Virus record (IMG/VR): IMGVR_UViG_3300027996_003878
DNA from: a virus
Lineage: Duplodnaviria; Caudoviricetes
Reading direction: 5' to 3' (one strand)
Length of the DNA stretch: 64,000 nucleotides
Shown: piece after piece, positions 1 through 9,961 of the stretch
Numbering within the stretch: the first letter of the stretch is position 1
Layout: each line of letters opens with the position of its first letter
Notes under the pieces: generated by a model
Told to the model about the DNA's origin: nothing
The model's database searches: none
Seen by the model: only the letters and a program-made list of their open reading frames with translations
Program-made: the position numbers and the translations under genes

Positions 1-187
1 ACATTAAACTTATTTCCTTCTTTGTTTTTTTTCATTTTTTTTTATCAGGGGAAGGTCAGAAATTTTGCGCTTTTTCGGCGCGGTTTTTTTCGGGCGGTTT
101 CTTTTTTGCTACGAATTTTTTTTTTTTAGCACATTTTGAATACGTAATTATTATTTATTGTAAAGCCACGCGGTGTTTTAAATAAAT

Positions 188-655
188 CTACTTATCTTTA
201 AATACTGGAATATATAATTCATTTACTTCACTAATTGGTCCATACCAGGCAAAGTCATTAATTTCACGCAAGCTTACCTCCAAGTCATTTTGAATAATTA
301 TCTCTGTAAATATTGTTTCTACGCTACAATATTTCCAGCTATCGACAATTACATCAGGCATAACCGGATCCCACTCCGACCAGCTGGTATCAAGAACAAA
401 AAGCTCTTTCTTGCTCTTACTCCATCGAACAAGAAACCCCTCATCTTTATGCTCCTTCCAAATAAGACCATGCCACATACACCCCGTCCACCTGCCCAGT
501 TTGGATGGAATAAGGCTGGACAACAAAATACTGCCCACAGCTTTTGATCTGCTGTAAGGGCCTTGTATCTGCCAAATAAAATCACCCTCTTCATAAATGG
601 GAATATTATTATCGGGCTTCTGCATCATAATATATTCTTTAAAGGGTTTATACAA
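188..655 (-). CDS. hypothetical protein
   Basis: 155-aa ORF, co-oriented with neighbours; no family recognised. Confidence 0.6.
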   Translation of the reverse strand: MYKPFKEYIMMQKPDNNIPIYEEGDFIWQIQGPYSRSKAVGSILLSSLIPSKLGRWTGCMWHGLIWKEHKDEGFLVRWSKSKKELFVLDTSWSEWDPVMPDVIVDSWKYCSVETIFTEIIIQNDLEVSLREINDFAWYGPISEVNELYIPVFKDK

Positions 656-809
656 ACAATCGAATTTTATGTGAATTTAAACTATAAATATATAATACTA
701 TGCAATAAAAAAAAACGCTTAGATTATTTTAATCTAAGCGTTTTTCAACCGTGCAATTTGAACTAGTTCAAATTCTTTAAAGAAGCTGGTTTGATATTGT
801 TGGTATGAT

Positions 810-1043
810 TTAATATACTTTTAATTGCTTCTTGTCCAATTTTACCTTGGACTTTACTTGGACTTTATTTACAATTTTCTGTCTGATCTTTTTTAGTTTG
901 GCTTCTTCTATCTTTAAATCGTTTTTTGCTAGCTCAAACTCATCCAAAAGTTCTTTAGAGATCAATCCAGATAAAGCTAGAATTTTAACGAATTCATCAG
1001 CCATAATATCGCCTACATGAGTTAGATCAGATTTATTTTTCAT
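810..1043 (-). CDS. hypothetical coiled-coil protein
   Basis: 77-aa ORF; start overlaps the end of the upstream small ORF. Confidence 0.6.
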   Translation of the reverse strand: MKNKSDLTHVGDIMADEFVKILALSGLISKELLDEFELAKNDLKIEEAKLKKIRQKIVNKVQVKSKVKLDKKQLKVY

Positions 1044-1044
1044 C

Positions 1045-1215
1045 TTAACTTTCTTCTACATCAAAATGCGTGACAATTTTATTTTCTTGCCCCACACGAT
1101 CTCCGTCCATCATTGCAGTATAAATAACAATCTGCCCTTGATCGTCCTCACTGACTTCAGCGTGCGGGAGGAATGTTTGTAGCTTCTTAAAAAACATATT
1201 CTTTGTTAGATTCAT
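1045..1215 (-). CDS. small hypothetical protein (56 aa, not in ORF track)
   Basis: Manual translation MNLTKNMFFKKLQTFLPHAEV...FDVEES; GGAG upstream. Confidence 0.55.
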   Translation of the reverse strand: MNLTKNMFFKKLQTFLPHAEVSEDDQGQIVIYTAMMDGDRVGQENKIVTHFDVEES

Positions 1216-1297
1216 TTTCTTACTCCATTTTACAAATTTAACCTTTAAATCAAGGCTATACTTACAATAATGTTTTAAGTTGATTATCTCGAATGAA

Positions 1298-2242
1298 TCA
1301 ATTTTTGTAATTATCTGAAAAGTCTTTTAAGTATTTAAATAGCGCTCGTTCTTTTTGCTTACACTCCAGAACAACATCCACACCTTCTCCATAGTTTTCA
1401 AAGGGGGTATAGTACCAGCTTGAATGAGAAGGCGGAGGTACTTTTGGGTCTTCATACTTCTTTTTTGAGTTTGAGTGATGGCACTGCTGTTTAATATTTA
1501 ATCGGCTCCAGGTCTCACGTGCTAAATAAAATGCGTCGTGATAATCTAAGTCTTGCGGCCCCAATTCATGATGGTGCGAGTCAAAAACAACAGGAATGCC
1601 AATTTTGTTAGACACACCTTCGACAAGCATCTTTGTGGAATACAACGATGCTTTGTCATCATTTTCAACGGTTAGTCTTTTTTGACAATTGCTAGAAAGC
1701 TTTTTAAAATTATTACAAAACCTAAACAAAGCCTCTTCGCGATCATTGTATGAGCCGCCAACATGAATATTTATCTTTGCCCATTGCGATTCCGGCAGAT
1801 TCATTAAATCCATTTGAATCGAATGATCGTTTAATTCTTTGATGGTTTTCTCTACAACGCTTTCATTGGGCGATGCAAGGCAGTTAAACGGCCCTGGATG
1901 AAAGCTTAACCTTTGACCGGCCTCTGATGCAATACGACCCGCTTCAGCCATTACAGCGGCAATCTCGTCGATCTGAGGCAAATCAAAAATATCATACTCA
2001 GAGCACCAGGGGAATAAACATGAAGTCATTCTATAGACTTTTATTTGTTTTTGATTATTCCATTCAATAATTCGCTTTAAAGCATTTACATTACTTAAAG
2101 CCAATTGACTTGCATAATTAACACCTTTCGCTAGGAATGTTCTTTTAATCATTCCTCGATTGGAGCTAACCTTTTCTTCCTCTTGAAGTGTTGCGTTAAT
2201 GCAAGCATATCCAAGTCTTACAGGTATTTCAGCGTATGTCAT
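1298..2242 (-). CDS. uvsE: UV DNA damage repair endonuclease (UVDE/UvsE)
   Basis: RLGYACIN, YRMTSCLFP, RLSFHPGPF, NIHVGG, RLTVENDD, VVFDSHHH, VLECKQKE motifs of the UvsE family. Confidence 0.95.
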   Translation of the reverse strand: MTYAEIPVRLGYACINATLQEEEKVSSNRGMIKRTFLAKGVNYASQLALSNVNALKRIIEWNNQKQIKVYRMTSCLFPWCSEYDIFDLPQIDEIAAVMAEAGRIASEAGQRLSFHPGPFNCLASPNESVVEKTIKELNDHSIQMDLMNLPESQWAKINIHVGGSYNDREEALFRFCNNFKKLSSNCQKRLTVENDDKASLYSTKMLVEGVSNKIGIPVVFDSHHHELGPQDLDYHDAFYLARETWSRLNIKQQCHHSNSKKKYEDPKVPPPSHSSWYYTPFENYGEGVDVVLECKQKERALFKYLKDFSDNYKN

Positions 2243-2354
2243 TTAATATTAAGCCAATAACGATAATTACAAAAATTATAAACATTTATTGTGGATCTGT
2301 ATTTAGATTTTGCTATGAATGAAGTTGAGCGTAGCGTAATTGATTAAAGTATAA

Positions 2355-2531
2355 CTACGAATTTGATGCGCCTGATCGAATCCAAACATCAACTTCTTCT
2401 TTTTTGAATCTTAGGAGCCGCCCAACGCGATGGGCTGGCATTCCAAGCTCATGCACATATCTATAAACAGTATCCTTGCTAATTCCAACATACTTTGCGA
2501 TTTCTTCTACGGAAACCCACTTTGAAGCCAT
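2355..2531 (-). CDS. excisionase-like helix-turn-helix DNA-binding protein (HTH_17/MerR-like)
   Basis: WVSVEEIAKYVGISKDTVYRYV...MPAHRVGRLLRFKKEEVDVWI. Confidence 0.9.
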   Translation of the reverse strand: MASKWVSVEEIAKYVGISKDTVYRYVHELGMPAHRVGRLLRFKKEEVDVWIRSGASNS

Positions 2532-2555
2532 GATTAACAATGCAAGTAGTTTAAT

Positions 2556-2723
2556 TTAATCGCTTTTTACAACCCAACCGGCCATAAGCAGCGAGCAAGC
2601 AACCAAGCCCCAATTTGGAAGAACAATATCTGCTTCCAATGAGGCTAGGACAGGATTCGCCATAGCCATTGTAATAAAGAAAACAATAATCGCAAAAATA
2701 AATTTAAATGCTCCACCAATCAT
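2556..2723 (-). CDS. small membrane protein (55 aa, not in ORF track)
   Basis: MIGGAFKFIFAIIVFFITMAMANP... with two hydrophobic stretches; AAGGAG SD; early promoter at 2744-2771. Confidence 0.65.
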   Translation of the reverse strand: MIGGAFKFIFAIIVFFITMAMANPVLASLEADIVLPNWGLVACSLLMAGWVVKSD

Positions 2724-3282
2724 AACTAACTCCTTATAATGTAAACATAACCACTATAGAGCTTATGTCAAATAGTAATCTCATAATAATATATAGAATA
2801 ATAAAATAAGGGAATAAAGGGAAGAAGCGTGAGCAGGAGATCGAACTCTTAAGAAGTAACTCAGGACAATTGATTTACTTCTTCGCTTTACTTCCCCTTA
2901 TTCCCAAATGGTGTGTCATTGCTGGGGGGAAAACAACTTCACAGCCATAAAGTAAGTTTCGTTTAAGGAAAGGTCAACCCTTTTGTAAGGAAAAATGTTT
3001 TGATTTATTTCAAATGGCTGAAATAATTAGAAAAACTCTGGGTAAACGCGCCAAACGAGATTGCAGAAGGCAGTTGCAGCTGTGCCTGGCAGCGGTGTAT
3101 ATTCTTTCTGACCTTCATGCTCAATGCACCATTTAATTGCGAGCCCACGGCCGATTATTGGATAGACATATGTGCGCGCGTGACAATATGAGTTTCCTCT
3201 AGAAATGCCCTTAGAGGTTAGGATGACTGCATATGAATATTTATTAAAAATAACTTCCTAATCAATTAGATAGCTGCTTCGC

Positions 3283-3870
3283 TCAATCAAGCAATCTATT
3301 TCTTGCTTCTTCTATTGCTTCGTATCGTATTTCTCCTTCAAGATCATCTAATCTTTGTAGATGATCCTTTAGCCATTTATCTTGATTGTCGAAAATATAA
3401 TCAGTCAAAGCGGATTCAAGCTTTTCTTTATCTTTTTTGTTTTCAATATTGAGACCGTCGAAGCTTACAAGGTGGAAGTTCTCCAGCTCCCAGCCGCCAG
3501 AGATTCCAACTTCAGGATCTTTGGGCTCATGATACCAATCAGCATCAAAAGAAAATGAGTGACTTGTTGAATCACTGTATTCCTCCCAATTCTCCGGCTC
3601 CTCTCCAAACGTATCCATAACCTCAAGCCAGAATGCATCGCCATCAATCGCTCCTCCGGCGGGTGTAAAATGCTTATCGCTTATGATACGGGGGCCTTTA
3701 ATGCGAAACCCAAGCTCCACATCATCTACCTCAATCGTTTCATCGGAATATCGATCTCGCTCCGCTTGTGAAAAAGGCCCTTTAAGCTCCAAGGTCATAC
3801 CAAGCGCATCTTGAGCTTTCTTCTCAAACATTGAAGCGAATTTACTGATTTTATCTATTAAGTTAGTCAT
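3283..3870 (-). CDS. acidic hypothetical protein with shared N-terminal leader
   Basis: ORF; likely start MTNLIDKISKFASMFEKKAQ. Confidence 0.7.
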   Translation of the reverse strand: MTNLIDKISKFASMFEKKAQDALGMTLELKGPFSQAERDRYSDETIEVDDVELGFRIKGPRIISDKHFTPAGGAIDGDAFWLEVMDTFGEEPENWEEYSDSTSHSFSFDADWYHEPKDPEVGISGGWELENFHLVSFDGLNIENKKDKEKLESALTDYIFDNQDKWLKDHLQRLDDLEGEIRYEAIEEARNRLLD

Positions 3871-3964
3871 TTTTTTCCCTAAAGACACACACGTACACGC
3901 AGTATGTTCGTTAAACTCATCCTCTAAAGATATTAAATTATGACCACTTAAACAAATATTCTTG

Positions 3965-4423
3965 TTATTGAATTTTGATTTTCATAAAGGATTTTGTTAG
4001 TTTAATTAGTTTAACCAAGCTTCTTTCCAAATCATCAAACAAAACAAAACCCTCCTCTTTATCACTGTGCCAGCAACGTAAACCATTGATATCTTTAATT
4101 ACATCGTCACAATGATTTAATAAATTCAAAAAGATAGCTTCAGCTGCTTCTTGAGAGCCTTCAATTTTGGGTAGAATCTTTTCAAAGCAAGCAAGCTCAT
4201 GTGCGTGTGTGAATTCGTGCTTTACTCGCTCAATCTTATCTTCAAGAAAAGACAAGCGGTTATGTGTGTCTTTGAATGATGCCCTAAGAGTAGATTCATT
4301 TTTGTAATCTAAATGACTTACATCATCCTTGTAAATATTCAAAAAATGATTTAGTTCAGAATGATGTTCTTTGAAGTTAATAACATTATTCATAATTAAC
4401 CTGCCATTACCTTGTCTTTCCAA
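3965..4423 (-). CDS. hypothetical protein
   Basis: ORF; true start probably the internal MNNVINF. Confidence 0.65.
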   Translation of the reverse strand: MERQGNGRLIMNNVINFKEHHSELNHFLNIYKDDVSHLDYKNESTLRASFKDTHNRLSFLEDKIERVKHEFTHAHELACFEKILPKIEGSQEAAEAIFLNLLNHCDDVIKDINGLRCWHSDKEEGFVLFDDLERSLVKLIKLTKSFMKIKIQ

Positions 4424-4950
4424 AAATCAAACCCTTCACGCAAAAGCTTTAAAAACTCTGCGTCACTTAGGTTTGTTTCTGTTCCTCCATCACTCCCAAA
4501 ATGATTATGCATGAGAGTTTCAGGATCCATTGGAACATCGCCTTCAACAGGAGAAGCATTAATTGAAACAACCTCCCAATGGCTCTTATCGGGCTCAAGT
4601 GAATTATCTCCACCTTCAGCCAAAACATCCGAACGATAAAGAATAACCTCAACTCGCTTTGCCGGAGCCTTTCTCGCGCCCTTTGCCAATACCTGCTTTC
4701 TAGGAACCTCACCTTCCCTTCTAGACGTGTATGCGCCTGTAAGCTCTGCTCCGGACTCTAAGGAAACAACGCCGCTAAAAAAGCCCTCATGGTTTATCGT
4801 TACAGAAATAACCCCATCTCTGTAACCTGGCTCTTGATTGCTCCAAAAGTTCATAACCATTTTTGGAACTTCTTCAATATTTCCCGCAAAATAAGAAAAA
4901 GGGCTTTCTTTGGTCTGACGAAGTACAAAGGGGTTGTTTACAATTTTCAT
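4396..4950 (-). CDS. hypothetical phage protein
   Basis: 184-aa ORF in operon. Confidence 0.75.
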   Translation of the reverse strand: MKIVNNPFVLRQTKESPFSYFAGNIEEVPKMVMNFWSNQEPGYRDGVISVTINHEGFFSGVVSLESGAELTGAYTSRREGEVPRKQVLAKGARKAPAKRVEVILYRSDVLAEGGDNSLEPDKSHWEVVSINASPVEGDVPMDPETLMHNHFGSDGGTETNLSDAEFLKLLREGFDFWKDKVMAG

Positions 4951-5087
4951 TATTCTTTAATTCCTTTCCAATGGCTTTATTGCCGCCTCTAACTACAAGA
5001 CGCTCTCAGTTGCTCTTTTCTGACAGTAAGCTTCAACTTTTTTTTAAGCGGCCAAGGAAGTTCATGATTTATTTGATTAAAATAATG

Positions 5088-5348
5088 TTAAACGTTCAGC
5101 GTAACAATCCCAAACCCTGAGTGCTCGTCACCCCAAGTAAGAAAAAAATCATCATCATGCAGGGTCGCAAAGTCTAAGCCTTCCGACTCATTGATTTCAT
5201 AAATTTCGCTATAACTCTCACCTTCATATGCGCCCTCTACCATCTTACGAAATTGGTCTTTGGCGCTTTGCTCATCAGTAAAGCTGGAAACAACCTTCAT
5301 GCCCCAGGAAGACTCAACAGATACAATTAAATAAAGTTTATTTGACAT
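5088..5348 (-). CDS. hypothetical protein
   Basis: 86-aa acidic ORF. Confidence 0.7.
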   Translation of the reverse strand: MSNKLYLIVSVESSWGMKVVSSFTDEQSAKDQFRKMVEGAYEGESYSEIYEINESEGLDFATLHDDDFFLTWGDEHSGFGIVTLNV

Positions 5349-5396
5349 AATATTTCTTTCTTTGTTTGATTCGTTTTGTTTTAATTGTTTAAAAAA

Positions 5397-5594
5397 TTAT
5401 GACGCACTTACCAAGCTCAAACACTTCAACGGTGTTCTGGCGTTCATGCCATCTGGAAACCTTACCCAAACTTGCTGTGAGAAAATGTAATCGGCCAATC
5501 GTCTTGCCGGAATAACCCGAACCACTTCTCCTACAGCACCATCATCAGAATGCCTTACCCTATCACCAACTTTAAAAGGATTTTTCATTTTCAT
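5397..5594 (-). CDS. small SH3/KOW-like beta-barrel protein
   Basis: FKVGDRVRH...GEVVRV...VWVRF; paralog of 13150-13350. Confidence 0.65.
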   Translation of the reverse strand: MKMKNPFKVGDRVRHSDDGAVGEVVRVIPARRLADYIFSQQVWVRFPDGMNARTPLKCLSLVSAS

Positions 5595-5884
5595 GTTTCG
5601 AACCTCTTGTTTAAAACTTCTTCAATAGAATTAGCTAATTGTTGCGCAGAATTAAGGCTTTGAATAAAATCGGTTGTAACCTTTGGATTGACCGTACCAA
5701 GGGAAGCCCAATTTACACCTACATTCCACTCCTCACGCCAACAGGAATGAACCACCCTAACTTCAATATGCCTCCCAAACTTCCAGATAGCCGAACTAGA
5801 GCTTGTGTGGGACTCAAGCTTAGCAAACTCAGGGTTCTCGCCATTGACCCGATCAATCAATTCCTTCATAGTCATTGCACTCAT
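5591..5884 (-). CDS. hypothetical protein, paralog family A
   Basis: Similar to 5967-6257 and 10963-11286; AGGAGG SD. Confidence 0.75.
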   Translation of the reverse strand: MSAMTMKELIDRVNGENPEFAKLESHTSSSSAIWKFGRHIEVRVVHSCWREEWNVGVNWASLGTVNPKVTTDFIQSLNSAQQLANSIEEVLNKRFET

Positions 5885-5966
5885 AATCAACCCCCTCCTT
5901 TCATATTACTAACATAACCACCCCAATGGCTTTGTCAAGGGATTCTTTTTTTTATAATTTAATAAT

Positions 5967-6257
5967 CTAATTACTTGCATTTAGAGCATTGTCAATAAAA
6001 TCCACCAGCTCTTTTGCTTGTCTTAAATCATTGGAAAATTCTTCGCATCGTAATGAATCAACCATCCACAATGAAGGCCAGCTAATACCAACCCTCCATG
6101 TTTTTCGCCAAGTAGAATATTGCGCCTTAACTTCTACTTGATTAAAATACCATAAAGCTGCATCTTCATATTTCTTTAAATTTGCATCTGCCAAATTTGC
6201 ATCTGCCCATATAAGATTAAAGCCATTAACCTTATCAATTAAATCCTTAATAGTCAT
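5967..6257 (-). CDS. hypothetical protein, paralog family A
   Basis: MTIKDLIDKVNG vs MTMKELIDRVNG; W..V.V.W.SL core. Confidence 0.75.
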   Translation of the reverse strand: MTIKDLIDKVNGFNLIWADANLADANLKKYEDAALWYFNQVEVKAQYSTWRKTWRVGISWPSLWMVDSLRCEEFSNDLRQAKELVDFIDNALNASN

Positions 6258-6447
6258 TGGCTAAAGCTATGCGCTCCCTTCGCCTTCTCGTGATTTAATT
6301 GCCTTAATTATTTAAATCATTATTATTTTATAAATTAAAATTACGATGAGATGAGAGGGCAAGAGAGCCATATATTGGACAGCAGCTATACAAAAGCTCA
6401 ACAATAACAATTAAGTCTTTTATTTTAAACAACAAAGGAAGATAATT

Positions 6448-6627
6448 ATGAATAAATCAAAAGTATGTTTTATCGCCAGCCTTGCATCCGTTGCGGCTTC
6501 AATTGGAATTTGGGTATACGCAGGAGGTCAGCTTGGTGACGCACACGCACACGCAGAGCGATGGGGACTCTTTGTGGGCTTATGGGCGCCTACGCTCATG
6601 GGTATGGAAAACCACTTGAAGAAATAA
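6448..6627 (+). CDS. small membrane protein (59 aa, not in ORF track)
   Basis: MNKSKVCFIASLASVAASIGIW...ERWGLFVGLWAPTLM; AAGGA SD; opposite strand to neighbours. Confidence 0.75.
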   Translation: MNKSKVCFIASLASVAASIGIWVYAGGQLGDAHAHAERWGLFVGLWAPTLMGMENHLKK

Positions 6628-6719
6628 TTAAAGATAATATTGATTAGGTAGTTATAATAAAGTGCCCCTGTCTGTATTCTTTAAATAAAAAGAAGGGCAG
6701 CGGGGCATCAGTATTATTT

Positions 6720-6947
6720 TCAATTGAACTCTCTTTTAATTACATTATTTACAGCGTTCTCAAGAGCTTTTGCAGGTGTAGGGCCGGTGCCTTCATAAAA
6801 ATCCTTCCAGCTGCTTGTAATATAAGCAATATAGCCAAGGTCTTTTGAACCATTGTTTGGCTTAATGTCCTTGATAGATATCCCCATATTTTTCAAATCT
6901 TCAATTGTTTGAGACATTACATCATCATCATTTATTTCAATTCTCAT
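6720..6947 (-). CDS. hypothetical protein
   Basis: 75-aa ORF with GGAG SD. Confidence 0.7.
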   Translation of the reverse strand: MRIEINDDDVMSQTIEDLKNMGISIKDIKPNNGSKDLGYIAYITSSWKDFYEGTGPTPAKALENAVNNVIKREFN

Positions 6948-6964
6948 AAATACTCCAGATTTTA

Positions 6965-7714
6965 TTAGTTTAGTTGTTTGACCTTTTCTTTACTAGAACC
7001 CGTCATTCCGCTGTGAAATTGAATGCTTCGTCCAGCTTTTCGACCAGCATTTCTTGCATTATTGTCGTGTGCATGTCCAGACGCGCGGTAGTTCTTTGCA
7101 TTCCCCACGAGACATTGCAGGACCTCATTTACGGAATCCATTCGATTATTTAAAAGAACCATAGCTGAAACTTTGCCTTCTTCTTTATATCGCGCCATTT
7201 CTTCATTCTTTGCATCTTGAAGCATTTTGCTTACACTTTCAACTGAACCATGCTTAAAGTTATTTGAAAAACTTTTACCAGAGCCAATGCCAGAAAGAAT
7301 TGCTTGCTTACACAGTCTTTCAATTTCGCGCTCGGCAAAAGAAAATAGGTAGCGGACAACTGCTACGTCCGACTTTCGACCAATAATCTGAATTTCGGCA
7401 TTCTGATTAAAAGAACGGTTGCCTTGGCGAATAACAACTTTACAATCGTTTGGATGAGCAATTCCAACCGCCAAAGAAACACGCCAATTAGAGATACTTT
7501 TTGAAGAATAAAGAGAAGAATCTCCTGCAAAGTACTGAGCTTCTTCATCTACGTTATTGTTAGCGGCCTCTAGTTCAGCTTGTTCAATGCGATGCTTGTC
7601 CATCAACCTTTGAGCTTGAGCCGCTGCGGTTGCTGCCTCTGCTTCTGTTGCACCCTTGCCTTCTGCTAGATTTAGAAGTTTTTGAATCTTTTCGATAATT
7701 GATTTATTGCTCAT
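6965..7714 (-). CDS. DUF2786 domain protein
   Basis: IIEKIQKLLNLAEGKGATEAEAATAAAQAQRLMDKH N-terminus with the typical C-terminal domain. Confidence 0.9.
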   Translation of the reverse strand: MSNKSIIEKIQKLLNLAEGKGATEAEAATAAAQAQRLMDKHRIEQAELEAANNNVDEEAQYFAGDSSLYSSKSISNWRVSLAVGIAHPNDCKVVIRQGNRSFNQNAEIQIIGRKSDVAVVRYLFSFAEREIERLCKQAILSGIGSGKSFSNNFKHGSVESVSKMLQDAKNEEMARYKEEGKVSAMVLLNNRMDSVNEVLQCLVGNAKNYRASGHAHDNNARNAGRKAGRSIQFHSGMTGSSKEKVKQLN

Positions 7715-7825
7715 TTGAATTTATTCCTAATCGTACATGTATGCGTGTAGAAGCATCAAGCTCAATACTAATGTAACCACTTATGACTTCTTGTCAACAT
7801 TAAAATTTACATATGTTTTGTTTGA

Positions 7826-7933
7826 TTATTTAAGATTTGCAATAACAACAAAGGCAACGATAAGGAGGAACCAAAACCAACCTCCGCCACCTTCTTCTTC
7901 AACCACTTCTTCAACAATAAATTTTTTACCCAT
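7826..7933 (-). CDS. small membrane peptide (35 aa)
   Basis: MGKKFIVEEVVEEEGGGGWFWFLLIVAFVVIANLK; AAGGA SD. Confidence 0.6.
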   Translation of the reverse strand: MGKKFIVEEVVEEEGGGGWFWFLLIVAFVVIANLK

Positions 7934-8138
7934 TTTTAATTCCTTTATAAAAGACAATAAGGCTCCCAACTTCCTTATTTAAGTGCGGCCTACGACAGCA
8001 CATGTAAATACGTACTTGCCACGCTTACGCAATCATAATCTTGGCTTCAATCAGCTCCCGGCGATCTGTCCAAGTATTATGATCCACACTCCCCACAATA
8101 TTATTATAATCACTTTTTAATAATTATCAAGTCTTTCT

Positions 8139-8813
8139 TTAAGCAACCATTGGCAATCGAACCACAAACCCGCTTTTATCCGTTTGTGCGCGTCCCTTTG
8201 CTTTAAGACCTACAATGCAGCCCTTGGGGTCTAGGAATCGAAGGTCGTCCTCATCCCCGCTTACTACGAGCTTTCCCCAATACTCTTTCGGCATCTCACC
8301 ACGAAAAACTACGGCTACATTGCCACCACGATCCAACCATTCTCTTGCTTGTTTTTGATTAAGTTCAGTTTCTGCGCGTGAAAAAGTAAGATGATAGTTA
8401 TCAGGAGCATGACGATCATTGTATTTTGTGTAATCGAAAAAAATCTGATCGGAAAACTTTTGAGGAATTCCAAAGGCCTCCCAAGGAATATCACTTGTTA
8501 GATTAAGACGAAATGCAGGAGTCAAACGCATTTTTCTTGCATGAATAATTGCCTTCTCAATATCAAATTCTAAAGTACGAAGAAACTCAGGAAGATCTTT
8601 CCAAAAGAATTGAGTCTTCCTTGAGCGTGACTTTTGAACATTAGGGTAACTGCCATTGCCAACAGTATTCAAGCAACTCCTTAGACAGCCTGAGGTGGCC
8701 CTGGCGCATACTTTACCAGGGAGCAAATGAAGGCCGAAGACAATATAGCCTCGATCACGGCCCTTCATGATTTTTTTGTTATTGGTTGTAAGTAGGTCAA
8801 ACATCTTGCTCAT
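8139..8813 (-). CDS. phage Gp88-like Cys-cluster protein
   Basis: C-x6-C-x3-C, RLNLTSDIPW, FFDYTK, NYHLTFS, GDEDDLRFLD, VGLKAKG motifs; ATG at promoter +1. Confidence 0.8.
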   Translation of the reverse strand: MSKMFDLLTTNNKKIMKGRDRGYIVFGLHLLPGKVCARATSGCLRSCLNTVGNGSYPNVQKSRSRKTQFFWKDLPEFLRTLEFDIEKAIIHARKMRLTPAFRLNLTSDIPWEAFGIPQKFSDQIFFDYTKYNDRHAPDNYHLTFSRAETELNQKQAREWLDRGGNVAVVFRGEMPKEYWGKLVVSGDEDDLRFLDPKGCIVGLKAKGRAQTDKSGFVVRLPMVA

Positions 8814-8865
8814 GATACTAACATAATCACCCATAAACCAATGTCAACCCTTTATCAGTCTTATT

Positions 8866-9237
8866 TTAATTTAGGAATTTAGTAAATTTCTTTTCGTGGG
8901 CTAGTTTGGTCAAGTAAAGAACCCAAAGTCGATTGCCATGAAAAAGAGCAACATGAGTGCCAAACGCATTGCTTGAGCTTACATGTCCGTCACTTGTTAG
9001 TTCGTCAAAGTTATTTTTTACTTTAGTAATAATAGATTTGACTTGGCGATCATTAACTTCTTTTGCTTCTAGCTCATAGCCGCGATCTTTTGAAGCCTCA
9101 TCAGCGTGCTTTGAAGCATAGCGGTGATTTCCAGAGCACCCACAACAACAACACCCCCTACATCCACTGTACACACTTCGGACATCATTCACACTAATTG
9201 AATTAAGAATGTTGTTAGTCAATTTAATTTGCGACAT
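8866..9237 (-). CDS. Cys-rich hypothetical protein
   Basis: VYSGCRGCCCGCSGNHRY motif. Confidence 0.75.
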   Translation of the reverse strand: MSQIKLTNNILNSISVNDVRSVYSGCRGCCCCGCSGNHRYASKHADEASKDRGYELEAKEVNDRQVKSIITKVKNNFDELTSDGHVSSSNAFGTHVALFHGNRLWVLYLTKLAHEKKFTKFLN

Positions 9238-9348
9238 AATATTTACCCAATCTTAAAAATTGCCAATGAGGTATATTGCAACCTCAACATACTACTAATA
9301 TAATCATCCACTACAGGCAGTCAAGGGGTTATTTTGATAAAGTTTTAT

Positions 9349-9903
9349 TTAATTATTTTGTTCTTTTACTCGTTCAGAAAAACGATCCATAAGTTTTTTA
9401 GTTGCGCTGAACACTGCATCTGCAATGTCTTTATCTACTGAGTCATAAACACTAATGTATTCATTTAATTGATCTTCTAACGCTTGATTTCCTACCTCCC
9501 TTACCGCCTCTCGAAAGCAATACCATTCAAAAGAATCAAGGGCCAACCAAGCCTTCATTACTTGAGCAGCCTCCTCTCCCCATGGATGCTCAGAGCCATA
9601 GCGCTTTGCCCATTCAGAATCACTTTCAAGCATCTCTTTATGATCTTCTAAGGTTAAAAATTCATAATACTCAAATGCTTCTTTGATTAAATCAATAGAA
9701 GGATTGTGTTGAATATTACAAAGCTCAGGGCTTGCGCCAGGACAATTCCCTGTATTATCAAGAAGGTAAAACAATCCTGCAATACAAGACTTTGCTAGCT
9801 CACATTCTCTCCCTCCTTTTCGCTGCTTTTCGCTGCTTATGTGCTTGATATTTACAAACAATCTCCTTAACTGCACTATTGGACTTGGTAGGTATGCCAT
9901 CAA
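9349..9903 (-). CDS. hypothetical protein
   Basis: 184-aa ORF. Confidence 0.65.
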   Translation of the reverse strand: MMAYLPSPIVQLRRLFVNIKHISSEKQRKGGRECELAKSCIAGLFYLLDNTGNCPGASPELCNIQHNPSIDLIKEAFEYYEFLTLEDHKEMLESDSEWAKRYGSEHPWGEEAAQVMKAWLALDSFEWYCFREAVREVGNQALEDQLNEYISVYDSVDKDIADAVFSATKKLMDRFSERVKEQNN

Positions 9904-9961
9904 CTCGCCAATTATTAAATAGTTCTAAATTTGTGCTTGACTTTGACATTGCTTTAATTGC

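Noticed and set aside
2355-2531. Excisionase as evidence of a prophage or integrative element boundary
   Set aside because: No integrase or att-like repeat in the window; stand-alone HTH_17 genes are common in lytic phages.
3020-3255. About 75-codon stop-free minus-strand frame (…YCHARTYVYPIIGRG…WRVYPEFF)
   Set aside because: No ATG, GTG or TTG start after the upstream stop; cannot be supported as a gene, though it could be a decayed one.
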